Part shown: positions 37,841-51,525 of the stretch, piece after piece
How positions within the stretch are numbered: the first letter of the stretch is position 1
How the letters are laid out: the number at the start of each line of letters is the position of its first letter
Assembly (NCBI RefSeq): GCF_021869535.1
Contig: NW_026262679.1
Span: 50,034,001-50,098,000, forward strand
Length of the DNA stretch: 64,000 bases
From: Mytilus californianus
Taxonomy: Eukaryota
Direction: 5' to 3'
The notes under the pieces: model-generated
Told to the model about the DNA's origin: nothing
The model's database searches: none
Seen by the model: only the letters and a program-made list of their open reading frames with translations
Program-made: the position numbers and the translations under genes

Positions 37841-40800
37841 ATGAGGACAGCTGTGGTTTTGGTGGCCTTCCTTGGCGTTTGTCTTGGACAAGGTTAGCTA
37901 ATTAACGAATTAACGACGATTTAAGGAAAAATATATTGAAAGAGAGGCAAAAGATACATAAGAGACATTCAAACTCACAAGTCGAAAATAAACAACGCCA
38001 TGGCACAAAAAAATAAAAAGATCACAAAGACAAACAACAGTATACAAAATACAAGATAGAAAACTAAAGACTGAGCAACACCAACCCCATCGAAAACCGG
38101 GGTGATCTAAGGTGCTACGGAAGGGTAAGCAAATCCTGCTCTACATGTATCAAGCTTTTGTAAAAGAATTATGTCAAATGCATTGTTTTTGACATTACTT
38201 ATAGCGATGTGTCATGCTTAATATGCTAAACAAAAAATAAGACATTAACATGTTAAACTATCATAACTCTTTTCGTAGGTCGGGATAATCAAGGCACAGA
38301 ATTCTTGTTTGGTTTTATGGATAATTTAATATTTAGTGGTAAGTAAATTGCACTTCTTACAAAATATAACACTGTAAAATTATATGATATAGTGAATATA
38401 GTTTAGAAAAATAAGAAAGGACAATTATGATACGTATGTATATTCTTGTAAAAAAAATCAGAAAGAATAAAAATAAATATTGTTGCTAAATAATATTCGT
38501 CACTTTTTCACTTTTTACAAAATGACATTTTAATTCAAATGCATCAAGTATTTTTATATTTTGAAAGGGACAAACGGAAATGACCTCGAGTTGTTTGTAA
38601 CAACATCGTCAAACACACCTGTAGATGTAACTGTTACCGCACCTCTTTACTCACCCGGAACAACTCTTGGATCAACTTCTGTCAGCAGAGGAAATATACA
38701 AAAAATAAGTCTATCTTACAATCTGAGAGGATCTGGTGTAGAACTAAGCAACAAAGGGATTTTAATTGAGGCTACAGAAGAAATAACAGTTTTTGGAGTT
38801 AACAAAGAAACATACTCTACCGATGGTTTCGTTGCTTTTCCCACGGATACACTAGGAACAGAATACATACTGATCACATGGTCCTCTGATGGACAGTTTA
38901 TGATCACTGGTGTAACAGATGGCACCACTGTAACTATTACACTTCCGACATTTATTTCTTCTACCTTATCGGTCACTTACAATGGGAACACATACTCCAA
39001 CGGCGAATCGTTCACAGTTACCCTTGATCGCTACCAGACATTTCACTGCTACCAAAACGATGGTGACTTCACAGGAACAAGGATCGAATCTTCGAATCCT
39101 GTAACAGTTTTTAGTGGTGCAAAAAAAGTAGGAGTCACTGATACCATGACAGGTGCGAGTTCTGACCATCTTGTGGAACAGATGATGCCAGTGGATACTT
39201 GGGGCAAAGACTTCGTCACCATAAGTACACCAGATAGAACTGTAGGTGATTACTTCAGAATAGTGGCAAGTGAAGATTCCACTACTGTTTCATTGGCCGG
39301 TTCAACACATGGAACCATAAATGCATATGAATACATTGAACTGAATGTCGACACAGGGGATTATAAAACCATCACATCTGATAAAGCAGTGATGATTGTT
39401 ATGTTCGGAAAAACCGTTAGTTCCCAGAATGGAGATGCACCAAATGGCGGTGATCCACAGATGACGGTAATACCACCTCTTCCTCAATTTCCGTCAGACT
39501 ATACATTTAGCACGGTAGAAACTCCTACTGGCGATTTTACAAATTACGCCCTGGTTGTCATAGATACGTCAAAAACTTCAGATTTGATGGTAGATAATGT
39601 TGCGGCTAGTACGAGTTGGACTTCTATTTCCGGATCAGCAAATTTGGTAGCTGCAACGTTCGATATCACACCCGGTTCTCATTCAATCTTCAACAACGAT
39701 CCAACTGCAACATTCATGTCCATAGCATTTGGCAATGCTCAGACTAACTCATATGCTTACGCATGTGGATTCAGACTTGCAACTATTAATGGGGTGAGAT
39801 TTATCTATAAAATCAACTTTGTGACGTTGTTTAAATGACTAGTTAAATTATTGTTTGTTTTTCATTTTTATTAATTCCTCATATCATTTTGCATTTTAGA
39901 GCAATTCGGTTTGTATACTATTAAATAGCTCTTTATAACCTTAACAAGAACTAGCTACAATGAAGGTCATACTCATTTGTAATAGTGATCAAGTTGTATG
40001 TCTTACATATGCGTTACTTTTCTTTTGTGTACTGCTTACCTGATATGATATATGTTCTTGAGTTTTGTTTGTCTCTTCCAGTTTACATTTATTAAAAAGT
40101 AGTTTATTTTATAATTAAGCCATGTAGCACCACATCAACAGTGGCCGGTGATATAGTTGATAACGATTGTGATGGATGGCTTGACGAGGAAACTGACAAC
40201 GGCATAGGTAAGTCATATATCTATTCAGATAATTAGGGTCGAGGAAACTAATAACGGCATAGGTAAGTCATATATCTATTCAGATAATTATGGTCGAGGA
40301 AACTAATTACGGCATAGGTTAGACATGAATTTAAACAGATGATTGGCGAGGAAACTGACCGCTGCATAAGAAGGTCATACATCTACACAGATAAGTATGC
40401 TAGATGGCTGTTACGTCCAGTGCCAATTATATGCATATTCAGAACGTGATTCGTCTAAACTCGGCCAATTTCGTTCCTCTATCTAACGGATAGAATGAGA
40501 GTAGCGGATTCACCCGAAGATTGCCGATTGATGAATTATATGGACCCTGCTTTGTACTGAACCGACATCAGGTGCGTCGGCAGGGTAAACGTCGATTGCT
40601 ATACATACATCACACGTCATACTAAACAAATCATACATCTACATAAGTAATGATTGACGAGGAAACTAACGGTATAGATAAGTCATAAATCTACAAAGAA
40701 GCTAGCATAAAAAAGAACATTGTCAAGAGTTTACGAAAAAAGTGTGGATTAAGTAAAAATTTGACTGCAAATCTTAACTCAATGAGTGACCCAAAAGATC

Positions 40801-43800
40801 TATTTGTTCTCAACATCATAAAATTTGTAAAAAAATATAAGAATGCAGTATGATAGCAAAAAATGTGTAATATTTTCTATACTCGTATTTTCAAATTATT
40901 GTTTTGTAATGAATAACATTTTTATTGTATTTGATAAATATTTTGGGTTTTCTTTTGCTGGCAATTTACTTATTCTTATTGTATTGAGATGAAACAATTT
41001 TTGAGATTATTATTATGTCTTGAAAAGTAGGAAACGAAGGGATATGTATTTGCTGCAAACATGAGTATCCTTTTGACGTTTCGGTTTCCCTTTTTAAAAT
41101 CGCGTATGTTTACTTGTGGTTTTCAAATGTCCTATTTTCAATTTTTTTTTTAATAATTTTTTATCTTTTGTTGTTGCTGAAATAACACTTAATGAAGGAA
41201 CAGTAGACATTAATGATACATTTGCATTAACGTAAGCGTAACATAGAATTAATCAAATACAATCTAATATTGGTTCATGGTTAAAATATCTACATTAACA
41301 TTGTATCATTTTAATTGCAGATGATGATGGTGATGGATTAATAGATGAAGATTTAGCAAATCCTCCACGAGGTAAAGACTTAATTTGATTTCAGAGCCGT
41401 GTAATAATAATAAAATTCAATGGCTGTCTTTTAATTAGTTCATGGGTTTTGGCTGGGTTCTTGTTGCTTAATGTGTTGTTGTTTTTGTTGTTTTTTGTTG
41501 TTGTTTATTTTTAGGGAACTATTACCTGTAGTACATACTGTGTCCAGATTTTATACACTTCTGTATCTATTCTTTTTCGAAATACATATGTATTCTGGTT
41601 GTGTCACGCTACAGTTGTCGTAGACTTTTATAAGATGATTTAATATACATTTTTTTAATAAAACATGTTATACAATTCAATAGATCATTATATTTTATTT
41701 AAGTTAATGGCGACTGGACAGATTGGGCTACTTGGGGCGCATGCTCATTGACATGTGATTCTGGTTCCGGAAGCCAATCTCGATCAAGAAATTGTACAAA
41801 TCCCGCACCAGCTAATAATGGGTTAGATTGTTCCGGTGACTCAACAGAGACTCAGTCTTGTTCTTCAACAGTACCATGTCCAAGTAGGTATTCAATTTGT
41901 GTGAAAAGGAATTATGTCGACATTGAATAATGAATAAAAAAACGGAAAATCAACCAGAGAAACTAGCTCGTTCACTTATTTGCTTTTTCGTAAGCAGACT
42001 TTCCAAAGATAGCAGTCTATGACAACAAACATTTTTAATAGAAAAACAAAGGATATGGGATATCCATCCATGACACAAAATCAGTACATGCACAGCAAAA
42101 CAAACCACACAGTAAGCAAAGGAAAAGCGCTTTTATTGCTGTTCTTCATCTCAAAGTCACAGTGAGACCTTCAACACGGAGCAACAAAAACTCTCACCTC
42201 ACTGCAAGTTTAAGACGGCCCCTAGCACCGGCTTTAGCGGATTTTTTTTGCAAAAATAAATTTGGATAGACTTTGTAAGATGTAACACCAGCACATTAGT
42301 CAATAAATTCTACTTCCATTACACTTATTAACAGACTCTTCAACTTCATACCAAATTTTCATGGAATATATAATACACAAACACCATGCCAAGAACAAAG
42401 AATAAAACGTAGCGCTAGACCTAACGACGAGGGGACTGAAGGTTGAATTGAAAAGAAAAATGTACCAGAAAAATCTTTTCCAAATGCTTAAATGTAATGC
42501 ATTTGTTGGACGGATAGTCAGAATTGTGCTTAATAAAGTCTAAATACAATCATATCTAAACATATACTCGGTAACATAAATAATCGGTTCCTGAATCTAA
42601 CATACATTTGTATTTGATCATGACACTTTCTACGAATAACACACTTTGATTTTTTTAGATAGTATATTCCAATTATTATCATTACAGTTGATGGAAACTG
42701 GGGATCATGGAACGTTTGGACTGACTGTATGGTGTCCTGTGGGACTGGTGAAATCAACAGAACACGTGACTGTGACAATCCAGCTGCTCAATATGGTGGA
42801 GAAAACTGTACAGGTACTGCTGTAGAAACTGACAGCTGCTGGAATGGAACTTGTTATCCGTCTGTTATTGGAAATATTGATAGAGTATGTTATTATAAGT
42901 TATAATCATGACAAAATAACCAATATAGGATAATTTTATCAAAAGAGGGTAGATGTTGTATTTTCTTGTAAGTGACTCTAGTTTATGAAATAAAATTTGA
43001 GACTGCAACAAATAATAAAAAAATATAGAAAAAGCTTTATTTGTGCTTTAAATGTCCGTTTTTCTGAGTTTTTAGTTGTGCTTCAGTTTAATTTTGATAA
43101 ATGCGCTGCCTAAATCCTTAATCTGCAAGCTTTTTGTTTTCATATTATGTATATGTTATCTGTATTCGGTAAAAAGCTCCCATGAGCTTATATTTTATAT
43201 TGTTATATGAAAACCGATGAAAATAATACTGTAAAATTGGTACACTTGTGACAATGTACATTTGATGTTTTCTTGGCAGTCCGTTTCCAAGGAAAATTTA
43301 TTTATTTGAATAAAAGAAGGATTTTTTTACCCCAAAAAAATTCAGCTATAAAATTAAGTTGCAAGATAAAAACAATATGTTGATATTGACGAAATATGGA
43401 CACTTAATTTATACTCGCTGTGAGAGAGGAGAGCAGCTACAGTTTTCGTTGAAATATATATTTGTAACGATAGAAACCTAAAAAAAAAATTACTAGAATC
43501 AATTAAAACTGTGTTAATTAAACTTGAAATATATTCTATTTCAGAATTGTTCTTGGACATGGTTTGGATGTAAAGATGGTTCCATTACATGTATAGATTT
43601 CTCCTTCCGATGTGATGGTACTGAGGACTGCGATGATGGCAGCGATGAGTCAGCGGAAATTGCTGGATGTCCAACAGGGTGCAACGGAGCAGGTACGTGA
43701 ATATAAAAGAGAGTATGACGAAAAGAGGGTATGCTTTCTCGAAGTCCGTCGTGTTTTGCAATGAAGGATCAGTCTGTCGATGAAGATAAAAAGGAGCATT

Positions 43801-44330
43801 TTCAAATGTTTTTTTTTTATGTAATATAGGCAACTTTTGTTTCTATATATAAAATTAAAAATCTTTGATTTAAAAAATGTTAAATTTTAACTTCACATCA
43901 TTGAAGTTTAACTATTTCTAACTAGTGATATATATTTATAAATACATATATATATACAAAGAAAATGAAAAGGGAGTCCATACAAATATTTCGCTGTATT
44001 AAAGATAGTTTACACTATATCAACCGGTTTCAATTCTCATGCAAGATAGTCTTGGTTAAAATTCATGATATGAATATATCTAAATAGATAAATAAAAGTA
44101 GATGTGATGTTATACTTCCATGAGACAGCAAACCAGCAAACCAACAACCAAACATATGCTATTCCCACCATTTGCCATCAACACAAAATCCCCCAAAACG
44201 AATAAACATAAAGATATGACCTATAACAATTACTGTTATTTGTTTTCCAGGCTCCTTGAAGCTGTCAAGTGTGTTAATAGGTACAGCGTTAATGTTTCTG
44301 GTAACGCTTTGTCTCAACAGCAAAATGTAA
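37841..44330 (+). CDS. Gene B: paralog of gene A with the same domain order and a putative GPI signal (693 aa)
   Basis: Exons 37841-37892 (MRTAVVLVAFLGVCLGQ), 38279-38338, 38568-39793, 40120-40207, 41321-41371, 41704-41883, 42688-42884, 43545-43692, 44251-44330 (GSLKLSSVLIGTALMFLVTLCLNSKM*). Six exon lengths are identical to gene A; 2082 nt, in frame. AATAAA at 44499. Confidence 0.9.
40186..40400 (+). repeat. 55-bp tandem repeat containing the exon 3' end and splice donor of gene B
   Basis: gaggaaact starts at 40186, 40241, 40296 and 40348, with a detached fifth copy at 40659. Confidence 0.85.
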
Positions 44331-47055
44331 AAACGCATCCGACGACGGCTACACACGACAGCCGAAGATGAATGATTTGAGGATGAAGATGAGTTTCAGC
44401 AGAAATTATTTCATTTTTAATATATTGTTATGTATACTAAAATGATTTTGGATTTTATTTTAATTTATTGTCAGTTTCAAATGAAATTAAGTTCATCCAA
44501 TAAAACTTAGTTTATACTTTTATTTAGTCAGTCTGGTGAATAGTTGGCTCATTGGCAATCATACCACCTTCCGCTTCCTAAAGCGGGTGGTATATAGTGA
44601 TGGGAGAGTCCGTCTTACATTTATTTAGTCATTGTTCGTCCGTTCGTTCGTCCTTCTGTCTCGCACTCGTATCAGAAACTGCTCTTGAATCGCCGGACAT
44701 AATTTTCTAAAACTTTTATAGAATCTTATTACTTTGACTTTCGGATGAGGATGACTGGTTAATAGAAATATGGTCACATTGGTCTCCTTTCGACCGTCAG
44801 TAAAACCCTTGCTAAAGTGCGTCCGTTTTGCAGCCTATATAACTAAAAATCGGATGCCTCGTGTAGAAATAGTGCCACGCTCTCTGCACGAAAAGAACCC
44901 ATGCAACACCTCATTGGGGGGTCCATGGGTAGCTTGTTTCCAGTGGCAGTCCAAATTTCCCCTACCTTCACCCCGGAAGCCATCTGTTACAGGACGTACC
45001 TATTGTATTTATTATTAACTTGTTCTCGTTCTGCCACTAGAAGTTAAGCAAACATCAACCAATCAAAACTTTTGGATGACATAACTTCGTCATATCTGTA
45101 CATCGAAGTACACATTGTATCTGCTTCTAAAAAAAAATAATCAAATTAAACTTTCTCAGAATCTTTACCATATGACGTCATTGTGCACCTCCTATTTTTA
45201 GATTCATTTTTGCATGGTGCTTCCCTTAACAAAGGACTTTGCCATCGCTTTATTTGGTGGTATCTATTTTGTATCGGCAACTCCTACGAAACCCGTTACT
45301 ACAATAAATCAAAACTTTCTCACAATCGTAATGACATCAACTGTACCAATTTTACTGCACCATTTCGACAATTAATGTCTCTTCAGTGATACTGGAGGCC
45401 AAACTACCAAGACTTACACGTTGTACAAAGATGGAGAGCTGATAACACCAAAAGTAAAGCAAAACTTGGTTAAGGAAGCAGAGCTGTACTTGGGGTGATA
45501 TATTCCTTGATTTTAAACTATTTCCAAAATCTACAACTGCAAATTTCAAAAAACAATATTAGTATTATTATGCATGTGCCGAAGTATTAGCTACTTGGCT
45601 AGTGATACCCTTATCTAACTAATGCTATTGTATTTTTATTTGAAACATTTTTCGCGATTTGCAATACCATTGTGCCTCTCTTTATTTTTTTTTTACCCCT
45701 TACCAAAGCATTACCGTTGCAATAGGCATGGGTATTATTTTGTAAGCTTTGCTCGCAGTACCGCCCTCCAGAAGCTGAACGATTATAATAAAATTCTCAT
45801 TGAAAAAAACATGTTTTATTAAATTATTTGTGAGGACATGTGCTTACGATGCTACACTGGTGCTACGCCAATAATCTGTGCTTTTTTTGTTGTTAAATAG
45901 GAGAATGTCATGTCATAGATAAATGAGAGCTTTAAGGGGTGAAAATGCTAGATATTGAAAAAAATATTACTATGCTGAAATAAACATTTATCAGACGGTT
46001 GTTAAAAACAAGCTAGTAGAAAATAAGTAAAATAAAATCGAGAGCCAATTACATCTAGATCCTGATTTTTTTAGGTTGGGAGTTCGAATCCTTACTTCTA
46101 AAATACTTTTCATTGATTCAGCATTCTGATGACTTGTTTTCAGTCGTCTGTGTCGATCTTGTCTAAATGATGTGACATTTGTGAAAAAGTTAAATACTAA
46201 CACGAAAATCATAAGTTGAAGAGTTGATAAGGGACAAACATTACCGTGGTCATACCGTGGTCATACAAAAAAACATATTCACATGTTTACATGGGTGTGA
46301 ACAATTTGGATCGATTCAAAAATACGTAAACCTGTGTGGGTTAAATACAGTGGACGTGCATTAGTGAACAGACTGTACTTGGGCGCAGACATGTTTACGT
46401 ATGAAATGCACGATGCAATTTATGAAATATACGTGTTAAAACAGCATTGTCAAATTGGTTTAATGTATAAATATTGGTTTTGTGCTTTGAACAGTACTTT
46501 ATTTGAACCTCTACGTTATTTTTTACACGTAAATGCACAAACATATTACTTTTTTTTTTAGGAATCAGTTTTTTTTTCACTCGATACAACACGGACGCAA
46601 TCGATAAAACAGGGACTGCTCTCGAAAAAACACGGACAACTCTACAAAATAATGTCATTTTCAATGAAATAACAAGAATTTTTGTAAAGTGCCTGTATAT
46701 CTAAGTATAATTATATAGATTCCATGAATGCATATCCTTTGACATTTGCATTGGTATGTGTATAAAAATGGTCTTAATCTATATTTTGGAATAAAGCATT
46801 GTTAGGCTAAATTAAAACGTTTTAAAAACCAAATAAAGTAGGATTGATAATGTCTTTTCATCACAAATACTTATTAACCTTGTATGGGATCTTGTATATT
46901 AGGTTCAAGCACACTTTTTACGTCTTACCAGAATAGATGTGTGTTCGTTTACATTTGTTTATCATATTCACTAAAAAAAACGTGGTCACACTAAAAAAAA
47001 CCCGATAAAATCATTCGAAAACACATGTTCCCAGTCATACACTATACCTATAATG

Positions 47056-47221
47056 CAGTGGCGGATCCAGAAATTTTCATAAGTGGGGGCCCACTGACTG
47101 CCTAAGAGGGGGCCCGCTCCAGTCATGCTTCAGTGATTCCCTATATAATCAACCAAATTTTTGCCACAAAAGGGGGGGGGGGGGGCCGGCCCCCCTGAAA
47201 AACCCTCTAAATCCGCCTCTG
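47056..47221. mobile_element. GC-rich MITE (CAGTGGCGGAT termini)
   Basis: cagtggcggatcc..atccgcctctg, with TAATG on both flanks. Confidence 0.7.
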
Positions 47222-48429
47222 TAATGTGAGTATGATGTTATTTGAACATGCATGAGTATACCTCCTTTTAATGGTTCTGTCAATAGCCAGTGCTATTATA
47301 GATATACATTTTGTCAAATGATGTCCAGTTCATAAATTGTATTGCACTTATACTGATACAGACACATCAATCTGCCTTCATGCTATATGTTAACAATATT
47401 CAAGAATAACTGTAGCTTTCTATACGGTGTGGGTATTGCTCATTGTTGAATGTCGGTCAGGTATCTTCCTGCTATTCCTACATTTCAAATATACATATTC
47501 CTTCTATTCCTACATTTCAAAAGTACATACTCCTTCTATTCCTACAAACAAAGTACAATAGCAATTGATGTACAGTTAAATAAGTGCTAAAAGTACACCC
47601 TTTTTACTCATCTATGAAGACTTAAGCTTATACAGATAAAAAAAGTGGATGCATTGTAGAGAATAGAATAGAAAATCAATTATAGAAATGTACTTTCAAT
47701 TTATACAAAAGGAAATTCCGAATATTTTAAATATTTTAAATATGAAAAGTAATGAGGAAGAAAAGGCTTAATACAGAAATGAAAAATTCATCAAATTGAA
47801 TTGTTACAGTACATATTACAAATATAGTTTAAAAATTGAGTCGTTATCTTGATAGAAAGCTTTGATGCTGATATAAATGCGACAAAAGTATAAGGTTGAA
47901 TATGCAAAGCCAAATTTTTAAACTACACTTCATAATACTCTAATCAAGATAGTCCACAGTACCCAAATGCTGCATGCATCGCACCTAGGACCATAGATAG
48001 GACCAATTCACGTATTAGTCCTAGGTCCAATGTCTTTAGATAGACTGATTTTGTGATATATTTTGAAAAAAATGTCCAGCATTTTGTTAATTTTCTAATG
48101 GTTCATGTAACTCGTGTAGAACTTTTAAAATTCTTGCTTTATATGGACTGATTTATGATAAATTCTCATATCTTAACATATTATATTGCCAAGTAACTTT
48201 GTTTTCTGTCTCGTATAGGATAATATTTTTTTATTGTTTCACAGAATTACTAAAAGTATAATGTGGTGATTGAATTGACTGTGTACATCAATGTATTAGT
48301 TAACTATATTTTTTTTTGGGGGGTGGGGGGTGGGGAGGTTACCAATTTATTTCTGTTTATTTTTTATGGGTTCACTCGATGACAAAGACTTTACATAACA
48401 CGAGGAAAAAAACACAACAGTTCTGAAAA

Positions 48430-49533
48430 ACTAGAAGCTCTAAAGAGCCTGTGTCGCTCACCTTGGTCTATGTGCATATTCAACAAAGTACACTTTCCAA
48501 CTTTGTAAACGAGAATAGAAATCATGACAAAAATCTCTGTTTTATTGATCTTGTATTGCTGATCATTTAGTCTGTTTAGTTTTTCTCTATCTTCTTTAGT
48601 TTTTGCTCAAAACACAAAAGAGGGTAAAAAAAATCCTCATTTAAGGGCAATCACTCCTATACAGAGTGACAGTCTACTAACTATATCGGCAAAATTTATC
48701 TTGTTAGTAGATCTTGCCTTGCTGATCATTTTTGTGATTTAAAGTGACTATTTATCTATTATAATTTTCATCATATAAGGATAAACGCAAAAAAATAGTA
48801 AAAATCGTCATTAATGGGCAATAACTCCAATAAGGAGTCGTTAGACGATTTCCTCTCTATTGTCTTAATTGTAGATCTTGTCTTGCTGATCATTTTGGCT
48901 TATTTAAGTTTGTATCTATCTATTATAACTTTTGAAATATAATTCAAAAACGCAAAAAATTGGTAAAAATCGTCATCAAAGGGCAATAACTCTAATAAGA
49001 AGTCGCCTGACGAATTCGACCATGTTAAACTTGTTTGTAGAACTTGTCTTACTGATCATTTTTGCAATTTGAAGTTTCTCTCTATCTATTATAGTTTTCA
49101 AGATGATAGGCAAAAAATGGTAAAATTTGTCATTTAAAGGCAATAACTCCTATAAGAAGTCGTTTGACAGTTTTGACGTATATAAACAATGGGTAGAGCT
49201 CATTATTCTGAACATTTTTGCCCCTGTCAGATTTTCTCTATTTATAACGGTTTTCAAAATGATAGACAAAACTTGCATTTTATGTTCTATTTTTAACCAT
49301 GTCGGCTAATCTTGGTTGGCTGGCGGGGTCATCGGACAATTATTTTAAACTAGATACCCTAATGATAATTACGGCCAAGTTTGGTTAAATTTGTCCAAGC
49401 AGTTTGAGAGGAGAAGATTTTTGTAAGAGTTAACGAAAACGGACGACGACGAAAACGACGATGACGGACGATGGACGACAGACGCCAAATGATGAGAAAA
49501 GCTCACCTGGCCCGAAGGGGCCAGGTGAGCTTA
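48430..49533. mobile_element. Helentron/HINE-like non-autonomous element with an internal ~165-bp satellite array
   Basis: gctcacct near the 5' end (~48455); four repeats marked by ggcaataactc/gggcaatcactc at ~48645, 48816, 48981 and 49139; an (ACG)n microsatellite at 49435-49480; terminal hairpin gctcacctggccc-gaag-gggccaggtgagc followed by ttaaaa. Confidence 0.72.
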
Positions 49534-50169
49534 AAAGAGAGAAAAATAAAATAAGACAGAATAAGAAAATTTCAATGAGACAAGAACATGCATTTGTCAG
49601 AACTTTTTTTAACAATTTCTACTATTAATATTTTTCAGTTGGACATTGATGAAAACTCAAGAGGTTTTATGGATATTTACCTGAAGTTAATTAGCTTTAT
49701 GTTTTTTAAAACAACCTAATCTGATTTATTCCCTTGTTTATTTAACTATTCCTCCTATTCCTACATGGATTTCTTACAAATGACTTACCAGATTTTAAAT
49801 TGTAGGAATAGGAGGAATAAACCGTCGGTCATTGCCCTATAGTGGTTTACACCCTTTTGCTTTGGTCTGACCTTTGATTGTGTAACCTATTCCAGAAGCA
49901 CATGTCCTTCCAAAAAACATGAATTATATGTTTATATTATCATGATATAGGAAATGTAATGTTAAAATTTCTGAAAACATGCAAAAAAAAATGATAAATA
50001 AATCAGAAAGTTTAATATTTGTCAATTAAATAACCTCTCAAGCAGAAATAAATATTTGTAATGTGGTGCAAATGCATGTAAAACACGACATTAACAATTC
50101 CGAGTATTACTAATTGTTTAGGTGGCAGTTAGTGCCGAGAAATGATAATAGAAAACACGCACGCGCAAT

Positions 50170-50241
50170 GATATAAAAATGCTGAACAAAGTTTCTGGTC
50201 ACATTCTTCTAGCAGTTCCCCAGACATCGAAGGAAATACAG
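50170..50241 (+). promoter_or_regulatory. Candidate TATA box and non-coding first exon of gene E
   Basis: TATAAAA at 50172, and a donor ACAG|GTATGA at 50241/50242 upstream of the acceptor at 51523. Confidence 0.45.
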
Positions 50242-51525
50242 GTATGATGTTTTATTGTCAAAATATTTAGTAAATTTTAACTTAAATCCGACCTGAATAT
50301 TGCATCTATTTCAATTATGTTAATAGAAATTTAGTGAAAAACATATTTTCAGTATTAAATCTTTAAATAAAGAAATGTACATAATGCTACAACTAAGTGT
50401 TGGTTTTTTTTTTGGTATTTCGTATCTGATTTTCTAAGTACTAATTTTTCTAATTTATATTTGTGAATGAACGACTTTATAATAAATCTTCGTGGTTATA
50501 TAAGAAAGGCAAAGTTTTGACTTTTTAATGAAAAAAATAATATTTTGTAAAATAAAAAAGTTTTACCAAATTACTATGACATTAAAATAAAATTCTTCAT
50601 TTATATGAAAAGTCTCACAAGTTTATTTCATTTCTTCTTCCAATTTGCTAATTCTAGTAAATATTTGAGCCGATCGTTTGCGGTCATTTTCGACCAGAGA
50701 CAGGGAAATGCTCACATACGTCTTGAATCAGATCTTCTTTATTTCTCATATAGTTCTGCATCAAATCGACTGTAGAAGAGTGCTTTCAATTGTCATATAA
50801 TTTGAAACACCTTAATGCGAAATGAGTTGAGATTTTAAATTGGATTACTTTTTATACGCCAATCGCTATTGAGGTATAAAGTGTATCTGAACCTCTATGA
50901 AGACTGTCGTGTATGCATATGTGGAAAACAGTGTACAGGTGCATTATTTCTTACGGAAAAAGAATATTGAAATATGATTGGTTATTTTCCCTAGTGTAAA
51001 TAACACCCAATCTAATTTCACCAGGGAATAAAATTATGAAAAATTTTCCAAAAAAACCCAACTTTTGTCAATTTTTTTTTAAAAATCCAAAAATTACAAT
51101 AAAGTAAAAATCAAAAATAAACAGAACAAAAAAAAATTTCCGAAATAAAAAAAGGTAATATTTCCAAGTACAAGTGTAGCGGAAGTTCTCCATATTAAGA
51201 ATTTTTCAATTTTACACCCCGGTATAAAGATAAGTAAATGAACGCTTTATAAGAAATAAATTCGTTATCTTGCCGTAATCAGCATTTTACGGAATTTTCA
51301 ACAGATATGTAAAATTCAGTACACCCCTGATTACACCAAGATACCTAATACTACCAGGAACATATATATTGACCGTTAGATATACTGTTCCCAGATACTA
51401 CATACTACAATGATCCCAAAAAGAATGGCATTTACGGTAAAATTTCGACATTCCAAGAAATTTCGAAGTGTTGAAACTCTGCAATCTAGATAAAACACTG
51501 CAATATATCTTTCTTTATTTTAGAC

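Noticed and set aside
18453-44330. Assigning the symbol FCGBP, or SCO-spondin / hemicentin names
   Set aside because: Only shared domains; no VWD repeats, and orthology is untested.
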